Positions 17,659-26,475 of a DNA stretch of 64,000 nt are shown piece after piece. The notes below the pieces were generated by a model. It saw only the letters and a list, made by a program, of their open reading frames with translations, ran no database searches and had not been told where the DNA came from. The stretch is taken from the IMG/VR virus record IMGVR_UViG_3300036790_000211, positions 6,512 to 70,511 of that record; one strand, written 5' to 3'. How positions within the stretch are numbered: position 1 is the stretch's first letter; each line of letters begins with the position of its first letter. This stretch comes from a virus. Position numbers and translations under genes: made by a program.

Positions 17659-18686
17659 TTCCGGAAGACGCCGACCTGTCCTATTGGCACGGCGAGGCGA
17701 TCGAGCCGGTCGGCGATGATGTGCTGGCCGCGAGGATGGAGGCGCGGCGGTTCGGGCTCGACCGGAGCCCGCCGCACGTCTACCTGGCTACGCTGGCCGA
17801 GTCCGGGCGCCGATCTATGCGCGTCGCCCTCGACTGGCTGGCCCAGGCCGTAGACCCCGACATGCGCTGGGACACCTTCCCGTGGGAGCGCGTCCGCTAC
17901 GAGCACGCCGTCGCCCTCGTGACCAGGCTGATGGAGTCCGACCTGTCGCCGGCGACGTGCAACACCTACCGGGCCGCGCTGCGCGGTGTGGTGAAGCAGG
18001 CGTGGCTGCTCGGGCTCATGACGGCCGAGGACCTCGCGAAGATCAATGCCGTCAAGCCGGTCAAGGGCTCCCGTCTCCCGCGCGGCCGCGCGCTTACCAC
18101 CGGCGAGACGATCAGCACCTTCCGCGTGCTCGAGGACGACGACAGCACGTGCGCCCGCCGCGACGCCGCCCTGTTCGCGGTGGCCCTGTCGTCGGGCGGC
18201 GTCCGGCGGGCCGAGCTGGCCGCGCACCAGCTGGAGGACCTGGACCTCGACTCCGGCCGTCTTCGGGTGATCGGCAAGGGCAACAAGGAACGCGAGATCC
18301 ACCTCGGTGATGTCGCGGTGGGGGCGCTGCGGGACTGGCTCGCCGTGCGCGGCACGGAGCCGGGGCCGCTGTTCCTCCCGATCGACAAGGACCGCGTGAA
18401 TGTCATCCAGGGTCGGCACCTGGCGACGTCGACCATCTGGCTCGCCTGCCAGCGTCGGGCAATGATGGCCGGGGTCAAGAGGTTCAGCCCCCACGACCTC
18501 CGCCGTACGTCCATCTCCGACGGCCTCGACCAGTCCGGAGACCTGGGCCTCGTGTCCAGGATGGCCGGACACGCCAACCCGAACACGACGGCGAAGTACG
18601 ACCGGCGCCCAGACGAGGCCGTGCGCAAGGTCGCCCTCGGAATCCACATCCCCTACCACCCAAGGAGCAGGTCCGATGCTGAATGA
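17655..18686 (+). CDS. tyrosine recombinase (XerC/D-like)
   Basis: Catalytic set R (GVRRAEL), K (GKGNK), HDLRR, GH, TTAKY; no arm-binding extension evident. Confidence 0.93.
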   Translation: MIPEDADLSYWHGEAIEPVGDDVLAARMEARRFGLDRSPPHVYLATLAESGRRSMRVALDWLAQAVDPDMRWDTFPWERVRYEHAVALVTRLMESDLSPATCNTYRAALRGVVKQAWLLGLMTAEDLAKINAVKPVKGSRLPRGRALTTGETISTFRVLEDDDSTCARRDAALFAVALSSGGVRRAELAAHQLEDLDLDSGRLRVIGKGNKEREIHLGDVAVGALRDWLAVRGTEPGPLFLPIDKDRVNVIQGRHLATSTIWLACQRRAMMAGVKRFSPHDLRRTSISDGLDQSGDLGLVSRMAGHANPNTTAKYDRRPDEAVRKVALGIHIPYHPRSRSDAE

Positions 18687-18969
18687 CGAGAGCCTCGACG
18701 CGATCGCCGAGGTCGCCCGGAAGATGCGGGAGACGCCTCTCAAACCCATGGCAGTCACACAGCTGTATGGAATCGTGGTCGCCCTGGCCCAGGATCTAAA
18801 GGAAGTCCACGCTAGGCTGCAGGCGCTCGCCCCGGAGTTCGAGGAGAGGCACGACGTCCAGCCGATCTTTCCCGGCGGAAGTCTGAGGGTGGGGGCTAGC
18901 CAGTACCTCATCAACGGCCACGACGTCAGCGAGGAAGAGTACCGGCACCGGTACAAGGAGGGGCAATGA
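18676..18969 (+). CDS. hypothetical protein
   Basis: AAGGAG SD. Confidence 0.6.
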   Translation: MLNDESLDAIAEVARKMRETPLKPMAVTQLYGIVVALAQDLKEVHARLQALAPEFEERHDVQPIFPGGSLRVGASQYLINGHDVSEEEYRHRYKEGQ

Positions 18970-19051
18970 TGCCTCGCTCCAGGTGGCGGCGCCGGATGGC
19001 ACGTCGCCGGCGGATGGTGGGCTTCCTCGTCTTCCTCCGGCTGTTCGGCCT

Positions 19052-19118
19052 GAAATGAAAAGAAGCCGCCCCCGCATAGAAGGGACGCGAGCGCGCGTGT
19101 CCTCTATGCGGGGGCGGC
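19052..19118 (-). terminator. long hairpin terminator at the convergence of the two gene blocks
   Basis: 16-bp stem 19065-19080/19103-19118; minus-strand tail TTCTTTTCATTTC. Confidence 0.75.
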
Positions 19119-19137
19119 CGGGAGGGGGGGAGGAGTT

Positions 19138-19701
19138 TCAGGAGGAGGGCGAGCCTGCGTTTGTAACGCCGTCAGATAGCAGTTCGGTTACGGCTGGATC
19201 GACGCCCGCGTTCGCCTGGCCCGGAGCCTGGGTCACGACCGATCCCCTGGTGGCGGCGGCAGCGGCGATCGTCTTTGCCGAGACCGGGGGCGAGGGCGGC
19301 GGGGTGGGCGCGCTCACAGCGGCGAAGAGCTGCTTGATCTTGGTCAGAGTGCTGGATTCCAGACTGCCGACGTTGGCGACCGCTGCGGCCACGAGAGCCG
19401 TCTGGAGAGCCTGCACCGGGTCGGCACCGGTCGCGAGTGCGGTAGCGACCGCACCGCCCGCCACGACGGCCACACGGCTGTTCCAGAAGTCGGCCTTGAC
19501 CGATCCGACCAGGCCAGCGAAGCCGACGAGGCGGATCGCGGCGATCAGGCCAGCCTTGCGCTGGGCGCGGGCGGCCTTGACGTCGAGGGCGAAGTCGAGC
19601 AGGTCGTTGCCGGCCAGGTAGACGGCGGCGGCCCAGAGGATGACGGGTATGGCTGGCGCGATGTGCTGGCCCAGCTGCTCGATCACGGTGGTGGGGTCCA
19701 T
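19138..19701 (-). CDS. holin-like membrane protein
   Basis: Several hydrophobic segments, lysis cassette position. Confidence 0.55.
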   Translation of the reverse strand: MDPTTVIEQLGQHIAPAIPVILWAAAVYLAGNDLLDFALDVKAARAQRKAGLIAAIRLVGFAGLVGSVKADFWNSRVAVVAGGAVATALATGADPVQALQTALVAAAVANVGSLESSTLTKIKQLFAAVSAPTPPPSPPVSAKTIAAAAATRGSVVTQAPGQANAGVDPAVTELLSDGVTNAGSPSS

Positions 19702-19717
19702 GTGGTTGGGGGGCTCC

Positions 19718-20080
19718 TTACTTTCCTGGGTTGATCTTCTGGGCCAGCTCGATCAAGAGGTAGATCAGGCTGGCGAAGCTGGCGAAGCCGCCTACGGCGC
19801 CGAAGAACACGCCGGGTCCGGACTTGAGGACCCTTCCGAACGAGACCATCGGGTTCGCGTTGAGGGCCTTGACCTCGTCGACCAGGGCGTCGACCTTGGC
19901 GCCGAGGGCCTGGTTCGACTGGTTGATCTGCTCCGGCAGGTGGACGAGGGTGTCATTCAGGGTGTGGATCTCGTCCGTCAACTGCTGCCAGGCCGCGGTC
20001 TGTCGCACGGCATAGTTGAGGTCGATCCAGCTGCCGGGCGGCGCGCTTGGAGGCTGCGCGGGGCGCTGCTCATCGGTCAC
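19718..20080 (-). CDS. coiled-coil + TM lysis-cassette protein
   Basis: Heptad region, C-terminal TM. Confidence 0.6.
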   Translation of the reverse strand: MTDEQRPAQPPSAPPGSWIDLNYAVRQTAAWQQLTDEIHTLNDTLVHLPEQINQSNQALGAKVDALVDEVKALNANPMVSFGRVLKSGPGVFFGAVGGFASFASLIYLLIELAQKINPGK

Positions 20081-20496
20081 TCGATCAGCTCCAGTAGCCC
20101 ATGGATCAGAGTGCCGACCGTTCCGAGCAATCCGCCAGAGCCGCCCCCTGTGGGGGGTGGGGTCGGTGTCGGCTCCTTGGTCGCTGGTCGGGCTGGAGCG
20201 GCTGTGGGGTGCTCCACGGGCGCGGGCGCGGGTGCTACAACGTGAGTGCTGGGACGTGGCTCGGACGGAGCTTGCGGGGTGGCCGGGGATGATGCTGTTG
20301 CCCGTGGCCGAGGCGTGGCCGTCGAGCCTGGGCAGAACAGGATCTCGGGGCTGGGTGATGGGTACGGGTACTTCCTGACCTGGACGATCTCACCTCCGGA
20401 GAAGTGGAGGGCGAGCGCGGCCGCGCCGAGCGCGAGCGTCATGGACAGGACGATCGCGCCGACTAGGAGTCCAGGACCCCAGCGTCGGCGGACCAT
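20077..20496 (-). CDS. membrane-anchored Pro-rich protein
   Basis: N-terminal TM, P/A/T-rich remainder. Confidence 0.6.
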   Translation of the reverse strand: MVRRRWGPGLLVGAIVLSMTLALGAAALALHFSGGEIVQVRKYPYPSPSPEILFCPGSTATPRPRATASSPATPQAPSEPRPSTHVVAPAPAPVEHPTAAPARPATKEPTPTPPPTGGGSGGLLGTVGTLIHGLLELIE

Positions 20497-20499
20497 GGG

Positions 20500-21423
20500 T
20501 CAGATGTCCCCGATCAGCTTCGTGAGGTCTGCGCTGGCCTGGGCCTGCTGTGCCGCGGACAGGACCGGGGGGGCGCTGCTCACGGCCGGGATCGCCGCGA
20601 TCAGCTTCGCCATGAGCGCCTGAAAGCTGTTCTGCACGATCGACTCGTACAGGGCGACGTCGACGGCCATCACCTGCCAGCCCTTCGACGTGTAGGGCGT
20701 CTCGTCGGAACCGTCGGGGATCCCGGTCACACTCGGCCCGTCCACGATCTGGGCCGGCAGGTTGGGGGCGGTCATGATGTAGCCCATCTCTTCCTCCTGG
20801 GGCGCTGTGGTGGCGCTGGCCGGGTCGACCAGCATCTCGTCGGTGTCCACGCCGCCGGCGATGCCGGACACCTTTCCGCTGTCCGAGCTCTGCCAGATGG
20901 CGACACGGGACCATCCGGAGGGGGCCGCGGGCGCGTCCGCCTGGTAGGCGGCGAGGATCAGCGGGTACTTGCTGGCGACGTCGCTCGAGCCGGTCAGGCC
21001 GTGCGGCTGCATGAACCAGAGGCCCGAGTAGAGGTAGTCGTCGTCGTCGGGTTCCTTGAGCCCAGCCGCGACGGCCTCCATGAAGGCGTCGATCGCGGGC
21101 TCGACGTTGCCGCTGGCGGCGGTGTCCTCTCCGTCGCACATGGTCCCGTCGACGCCGGGCCGGAACGCTGGGACCGCCTGCTTGACGACGGCGAGGAACC
21201 ATGTCGCCTGCGCCTGGGCGGTCAATGCCGCGTGCCAGTAGTGGTAGGCGATGCAGGGCAGACCGGCGGACCGCGCGTTGCGCCAGTTGATGAAGAACTG
21301 CGGGTCGACGAAGCCCACGCCTTCGGTCGCCTTGATCTCGGCGAACTCGACGCCGCCCGCCTTCGCCTCGGCCCAGTTGATCGTTCCCTGGTAGGCCGAT
21401 ACGTCAACGCCCTTCTTGGTCAC
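20500..21423 (-). CDS. endolysin, GH25 muramidase
   Basis: GVDVSAYQGTINW, KATEG, AYHY, DGE, WQ...V.GI.G.VDTD. Confidence 0.92.
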   Translation of the reverse strand: MTKKGVDVSAYQGTINWAEAKAGGVEFAEIKATEGVGFVDPQFFINWRNARSAGLPCIAYHYWHAALTAQAQATWFLAVVKQAVPAFRPGVDGTMCDGEDTAASGNVEPAIDAFMEAVAAGLKEPDDDDYLYSGLWFMQPHGLTGSSDVASKYPLILAAYQADAPAAPSGWSRVAIWQSSDSGKVSGIAGGVDTDEMLVDPASATTAPQEEEMGYIMTAPNLPAQIVDGPSVTGIPDGSDETPYTSKGWQVMAVDVALYESIVQNSFQALMAKLIAAIPAVSSAPPVLSAAQQAQASADLTKLIGDI

Positions 21424-21433
21424 CGGGGTCCTC

Positions 21434-22153
21434 CTATTTGGTTGGGCCGACGTAGAAGCCGCTGAGCTGGCAGGCGGACGGCGAGTCCGACACCTGCAGG
21501 TAGACCGCGGCCGAGGCGTCGGTCTCGACCGAGAGCGTGTCGCCGGCGTTGAGGTGGACCAGGCCCGCCCAGGTGAAGCCGACGTAGTACGTGGTCGGGA
21601 TCTGCCAGTCGCCGCACGTCTCGGCCGACGATCCGTTGACGTAGAGCGCGACCTGGCTGCTCGTCTGCGAGACAGGGGGCTGCGACTTGAGGTGCAGGTT
21701 GACCTGGTACATGCCCTCGGCCGGGGCCGTCCACGTGTTGTTGGCCGTGCTCCACGCGCCCCACGGGTCCTCGATGACGCTGTTGAATGGAACCGCGCCC
21801 CAGGAGCCGGACGGCAGGCTGTGCGTCGTCGTCAGGCGGACCTTGAAGTGCGGCTTGAAGGGGTGGACCAGCGGGTAGGCGACGTAGCCGTAGACGTCGT
21901 CCTGGCGGATCATCTCGACGCGATCGCCCACCTTGGGCACGTAGTCGGTGACCGCACATATCCACTCGCCAGCGGATGCGCCGCCCCCGTTGAGCGGGGC
22001 CACCGTGACCACGCCGAGGCCGAAGTTGCTGACGTCGGTGATGATCGCCGAGAACATGCGATTGCCGATGTAGCTCGCCCAGGGCTCCGAGTTGAGGATC
22101 TGGACCACCCACTGGTGGATGACTCCCGCCAACTGCTTGCTCTTGACCTTCAC
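21434..22153 (-). CDS. minor tail protein with C1q-like domain
   Basis: VPFN..IEDPWGAW...WTAPAEGMYQV...VHLNAGDTLSV. Confidence 0.7.
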   Translation of the reverse strand: MKVKSKQLAGVIHQWVVQILNSEPWASYIGNRMFSAIITDVSNFGLGVVTVAPLNGGGASAGEWICAVTDYVPKVGDRVEMIRQDDVYGYVAYPLVHPFKPHFKVRLTTTHSLPSGSWGAVPFNSVIEDPWGAWSTANNTWTAPAEGMYQVNLHLKSQPPVSQTSSQVALYVNGSSAETCGDWQIPTTYYVGFTWAGLVHLNAGDTLSVETDASAAVYLQVSDSPSACQLSGFYVGPTK

Positions 22154-23418
22154 GCGATCATCTCCGAGCCGGTGACCTGGGTCAGTACGTGGGAGGTGGC
22201 GCCGGCGGTGGAGCACTGGTGCGTCCAGCCGATCTCCAGGAACTTGGCGTTAATGAGCCCGTGGTCAGGCGTGTCGATGATGCACTGGTAGATGTCGTAG
22301 TTCTGTGACACCGGCCAGGGGAAGGTGTTGAGGGTCCACTGGTTGAAGACCAGCGCGTACTGCTGTGCGAGCGTCTTCGCCTTCGCCGCGGCGACCGCAG
22401 CGTTCGGAATGCTGTTGTCGTTGATCGCGATCAGCTTCGGATGCCAGTTGGGCACAGAGATAGGCGAGGTGGGGTCGTTGTTCTGATAGACGTAGTTGAA
22501 GTAGCTCTTGTAATTGAATATCGGCTTCCCGTTGAACGTAGCGACCCTGGGATCAGCGCCGACGATGAGGACCTGGTTGTAGGCGTTCGAGAGGTCCGTC
22601 TTCAGCTGCAAGGGGTAGCCGATGATGCTGTTGTCACCGGTCCCGTCGAAGGTGAAGGACGGCGTCAGGTTCGCGTAGTTGGGGATCGGGTTCGAGCGCA
22701 GCACTCCGAGCTCATCCGCCCAGAGGTCCTGATAGTTGACCGTCTCCAGGAGGTCGTTGATGATGGTGAGCCGCGACGTGCCTGCGTCCCACGTCTGCGA
22801 GGCTTGGAGGGACTGGTTGGCCGCCTGGATCTGGATGTCGAACTTGTAGGAGCCGCCGTACGTGTTGATCACGTTGCGGACCGCGTCGATGTAGCCGGTG
22901 CCCGCAGGTACGGTCCAGGTGATCGGGACGGCCGCGTCGACGAGCAACTGGAGGACGTCGGTCCCTGCGCACTGGATGAAGCTGAACCCGGGGTTGATCT
23001 CGAGGTCGGGGATGGTGAGGACGAAGGTGCCGAGTACCCAATCCAGCCATCCGCCGTCCGGCGTTTGCAGCTGGTAGTGGAAGCGGATCAGGTCCTTGAG
23101 CGGGTTGAGGGTTACGTTTCCCTCCAAGCGCATCGACAGCTGCCGCTTCACTGACTGCGTGGTGTCGTGGGTGATGGTGGCGACAGAGGCCGAGGAGCGC
23201 TGGCCCGACACAGGTGCCATCTGGTTGCCGTTGATGGTCGCCGTGTTGGTCATGGCGCCCATGTCGACCCAGTTGCTGATGTCGGCCTCGAACTGGCCCT
23301 GCATGTTGAGCCGGTCCACGACCCACTGCTCGGAGTTGTCATTCTGGGTCAGGAAGGCGGCTACCTGGGCGGCGCTGTAGGACGTGCCGATAGAAGAGCG
23401 CTGCGCGAGTGACTGCAT
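22150..23418 (-). CDS. minor tail protein
   Basis: Position; WDAGTSRLTIINDLL...LWADELG pattern. Confidence 0.7.
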   Translation of the reverse strand: MQSLAQRSSIGTSYSAAQVAAFLTQNDNSEQWVVDRLNMQGQFEADISNWVDMGAMTNTATINGNQMAPVSGQRSSASVATITHDTTQSVKRQLSMRLEGNVTLNPLKDLIRFHYQLQTPDGGWLDWVLGTFVLTIPDLEINPGFSFIQCAGTDVLQLLVDAAVPITWTVPAGTGYIDAVRNVINTYGGSYKFDIQIQAANQSLQASQTWDAGTSRLTIINDLLETVNYQDLWADELGVLRSNPIPNYANLTPSFTFDGTGDNSIIGYPLQLKTDLSNAYNQVLIVGADPRVATFNGKPIFNYKSYFNYVYQNNDPTSPISVPNWHPKLIAINDNSIPNAAVAAAKAKTLAQQYALVFNQWTLNTFPWPVSQNYDIYQCIIDTPDHGLINAKFLEIGWTHQCSTAGATSHVLTQVTGSEMIA

Positions 23419-23451
23419 CTGAGTCTCCGGGGCCGCCGGTGAGCGGCGAGG

Positions 23452-26400
23452 TCAGGCTGCGGGGTTGTAGACCGCGCTCGACTCCACGAGGTTGAGCTCG
23501 TGGTTGATGTAAAGCGAGTGCTTGGAGCCGTGCTGCAGGTCGATCCCGCAGTAGATCACGTACCCCATCAGATCGCGGTAGCACATCTGATAGGTGTTGG
23601 CCTGCACCAGCTGTATGAACGCGTCGAGCGGGTCGATGAGCTCCTGGTCCTGGGAGAGCTGGATCTGCATCGTCCGGTACGAGTAGACGCCGTACCGGGT
23701 GCTGCCTCCCTTCGCCCCGAAGGTGATCGTGTTCTGAGCGTCGATCACCCGGTTGAAGGTCGGTTCATCCACCATGTAGACGCCGACGCGCATCGTGTCG
23801 GCGCTGGCGCCCAGGCTGTTCCCGTCGGCGTCGAAGCCGGCCACGTGCAGCATGCCGTGGAAACCGCCCTCGTCGAACTGGTAGCTCGGGCTGATCGTGA
23901 TGCCGGTCGGACCGGTGGCGATCGGGGACTCACCGCCGTCGGAGGTGACCCCGGAGACGCCGAAGTCCAGCGCCTGCATGAACGGGAGCTGGTCCATGTA
24001 CTTCGAGGACTGCGCTGAGCCGATGACAGCCACCACGTCGTCCCGGAGCAGGTTCCAGGTCGCCTGACCCGTCGCGCGCCAGTAGACGCGGTTCTCGACC
24101 GCCGTGGAGCCCGTGGAGTTCTCCCACCCGACGGTGACCCATCCGTTGACGGGATCCGCCACGGCGGTGACGTCGACCGGGGTGTCCGCGGCAGGGACGC
24201 CGATGGAGATATCGGTGTTGGTGACCTGGGTCTGGTTGGTCGACACCCCATCGTTCATCGGGACGTCGAGGCTCTGGGCCTGGGCGATGAGCGTGAGCGG
24301 GTTGGGGACCTGGTTGAGGTGCGGCGTCTCCGTGGCGACGTAGCTGTTGAGCTGGTCCTTCACCCATCCGGTGTCGATCTGGGTCACGCCGTCGTCGTCG
24401 ATCACCTGGAAGCGGTAGATCGTCTCGCCCAGCCCGCCCGCCCCCGGAGTGAAGGTGAAGCTCAGGGTGGGCTCGGCCGAGTCCGTGGAGGCTCCCTGCG
24501 CCGGCGAGAGGCTGGCGATGGTCGGGGGCTGCCCGATGTTGATGATCGTGCTCTCGACGTCCGAGGGATCGCCGTTGCCGTCCCAGAAGTAGATGTCTAC
24601 CTGGATGCGCGTCCCGTCGGCGATCCCGTACTTGGCGAGGTAGTTGACGGTGCCCTGTGGGGAGCTCGCCGCCATCTCGCCGAGGCCGACGTAGAAGACG
24701 AGCTCCTGCCCGTTCTTAACCGCGGTGATGGAGGCGCCGATCCCGAGGTCGGAGACATCCAGCGCGACCGGGGTGTTGTCCCCGTAGAAGCTGGACGTGG
24801 CAAGGGCCGGGTCGTAGGTGATGACGCTCATCGGACCCCCGGACCCGCCATCCGCGCCGCCACCGCTGCCGAGAGAGAGCACGCCCACGTAGTTCTTGAG
24901 GGGAGTCTCCGAGCCGCTGCCGTACGGCTGCCAGGATGCGCCGGCGAGATAGCACGCGGCCCCCTCTGCCATGTTTGCGGGCAGCGTCCCCGAGGAGTTC
25001 CAAGCGGTCCCGCCGACGCTGCTCGCCGGTAGCCACCAGGAGGTGGTGGTGCCTCCATCCGTCTTCGTGTTGTGACCACCGAAGACGTAGAGGTTGGCGG
25101 CGAACGCTCCCTCGGTCGGGCCGGAGGGAGTCCACCAGTGCGCCAGGTATCCCCCGTTGGCCGCGAAGGCGAAGCGTGACCGGGCGGACGGGAGGCCCGT
25201 CGAGACGGACGCGAAGTTGCCGGTCGGCGCGCCGGTCGTGACGCTGAACCCGGTCTTGTAGATGGTGGTCTGTGGGACTCCGCTCCCGTTCTCGCCGCCA
25301 ATGTAGTAGGCGTAGCCGGTGGGGTCGAGCCAGAGGGCTCCCCACGAGACGACCGCCGGGATGTCGATCTGAGAGTAGGAGGCGAAGGAGCCGTCCGGGT
25401 TGACCACGTGGCAGTTGACCGGTTCGTTCGATCCGCCGTTGTTGTAGATGGCCCAGAGGACGCCGCCCTGCTGGTTGCCAAAGTCGAAGCCGCACATCGT
25501 GTTGCCGGCATAGACCGTCACGGTGTTGGTGAAGAGGGACCACGCGCCGAGGGTTCCGTCGCCCTGGAGGGCGGCGTACATGATCCCCTGCGTGCTCTGC
25601 GTATACAGGTTGCCGTTGATCACGGCGAGCGCACCTGGCGCGCAGATGTCGGCGTTGGTGATCTGCGGGACCGGACTCTCGAACCGCCAGGAGCCCAGGA
25701 AAGGACCGCTCGAGGGGCAGGATATGATGATCCCGCTGATCCCGGAGAGCGGGAACGGGCTACCGGAGGTCTGGTCCGAGCCGATCAGCACATACATGCG
25801 GTTCGCGTACCAGACCGCCGCGTTCGGGCCGATGCAGAGGTCCGTCTGGTAGAGCTCGAAGGGGATCGCGTTGGTCTCGGGCGTGTCCACGCAGCCGGAG
25901 TCCCAGAGTGGCGTGGAGGCCATGGTGACGCCGTTGAGGCCGATGCGGGACACGACCGCTCGAAGGCCGCCGATGCCCACCGACGACGCGCTCTTGTAGA
26001 GGAGGTCGAGCTTGATCCCGTCGTCGCTCGTGTCGACGGTGGGCGGCGACGACGGACCCTGGCCCCCTTGCGTCTTGGTCGTGAGGACGGCGCTCGCGGC
26101 CCCTCCGGAAGTGTCCTCGTCGGCGAAGTCGCCGAGAGTCACCGTGGCGGGGGCCGCGGTCAGGTAGAAGCTGACGGCATAGACGTCTGCTCGGAGCCCC
26201 GAGAGGGACGCCGTGATCTCCTGTCCGGCCGTGATGGTGATCTGCGCAGACGGGCCGGGGAGGGTCTGACATCCGTAGTCGAGGGCGTTCCACAGCGCCA
26301 GGTACACGGCCTTGACGGTGTACTGGCCGGCGGGCAGGTTGGTCCCGCTCCCGGACGCCGCGAGTGTCGGCGCCGCAGGAGTCGGGAGTGGCCCGCCGGT

Positions 26401-26472
26401 GGTGCCATGGCCGTTGCACAGCATTCCCGCCTGGGCGGGAACGGCGAAGACTGGTGCGAGAGGACCAGGCAT
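23452..26472 (-). CDS. large tail protein (kelch-like and FN3-like segments)
   Basis: YYIGG/YVFGG repeats; follows the tape measure gene. Confidence 0.75.
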   Translation of the reverse strand: MPGPLAPVFAVPAQAGMLCNGHGTTGGPLPTPAAPTLAASGSGTNLPAGQYTVKAVYLALWNALDYGCQTLPGPSAQITITAGQEITASLSGLRADVYAVSFYLTAAPATVTLGDFADEDTSGGAASAVLTTKTQGGQGPSSPPTVDTSDDGIKLDLLYKSASSVGIGGLRAVVSRIGLNGVTMASTPLWDSGCVDTPETNAIPFELYQTDLCIGPNAAVWYANRMYVLIGSDQTSGSPFPLSGISGIIISCPSSGPFLGSWRFESPVPQITNADICAPGALAVINGNLYTQSTQGIMYAALQGDGTLGAWSLFTNTVTVYAGNTMCGFDFGNQQGGVLWAIYNNGGSNEPVNCHVVNPDGSFASYSQIDIPAVVSWGALWLDPTGYAYYIGGENGSGVPQTTIYKTGFSVTTGAPTGNFASVSTGLPSARSRFAFAANGGYLAHWWTPSGPTEGAFAANLYVFGGHNTKTDGGTTTSWWLPASSVGGTAWNSSGTLPANMAEGAACYLAGASWQPYGSGSETPLKNYVGVLSLGSGGGADGGSGGPMSVITYDPALATSSFYGDNTPVALDVSDLGIGASITAVKNGQELVFYVGLGEMAASSPQGTVNYLAKYGIADGTRIQVDIYFWDGNGDPSDVESTIINIGQPPTIASLSPAQGASTDSAEPTLSFTFTPGAGGLGETIYRFQVIDDDGVTQIDTGWVKDQLNSYVATETPHLNQVPNPLTLIAQAQSLDVPMNDGVSTNQTQVTNTDISIGVPAADTPVDVTAVADPVNGWVTVGWENSTGSTAVENRVYWRATGQATWNLLRDDVVAVIGSAQSSKYMDQLPFMQALDFGVSGVTSDGGESPIATGPTGITISPSYQFDEGGFHGMLHVAGFDADGNSLGASADTMRVGVYMVDEPTFNRVIDAQNTITFGAKGGSTRYGVYSYRTMQIQLSQDQELIDPLDAFIQLVQANTYQMCYRDLMGYVIYCGIDLQHGSKHSLYINHELNLVESSAVYNPAA

Positions 26473-26475
26473 TGG

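Noticed and set aside
18969-19137. attP near the tyrosine recombinase
   Set aside because: No tRNA-like core or arm repeats recognised; only a terminator hairpin.
21434-26472. Diversity-generating retroelement targeting tail genes
   Set aside because: No reverse transcriptase or template/variable repeat pair was seen.
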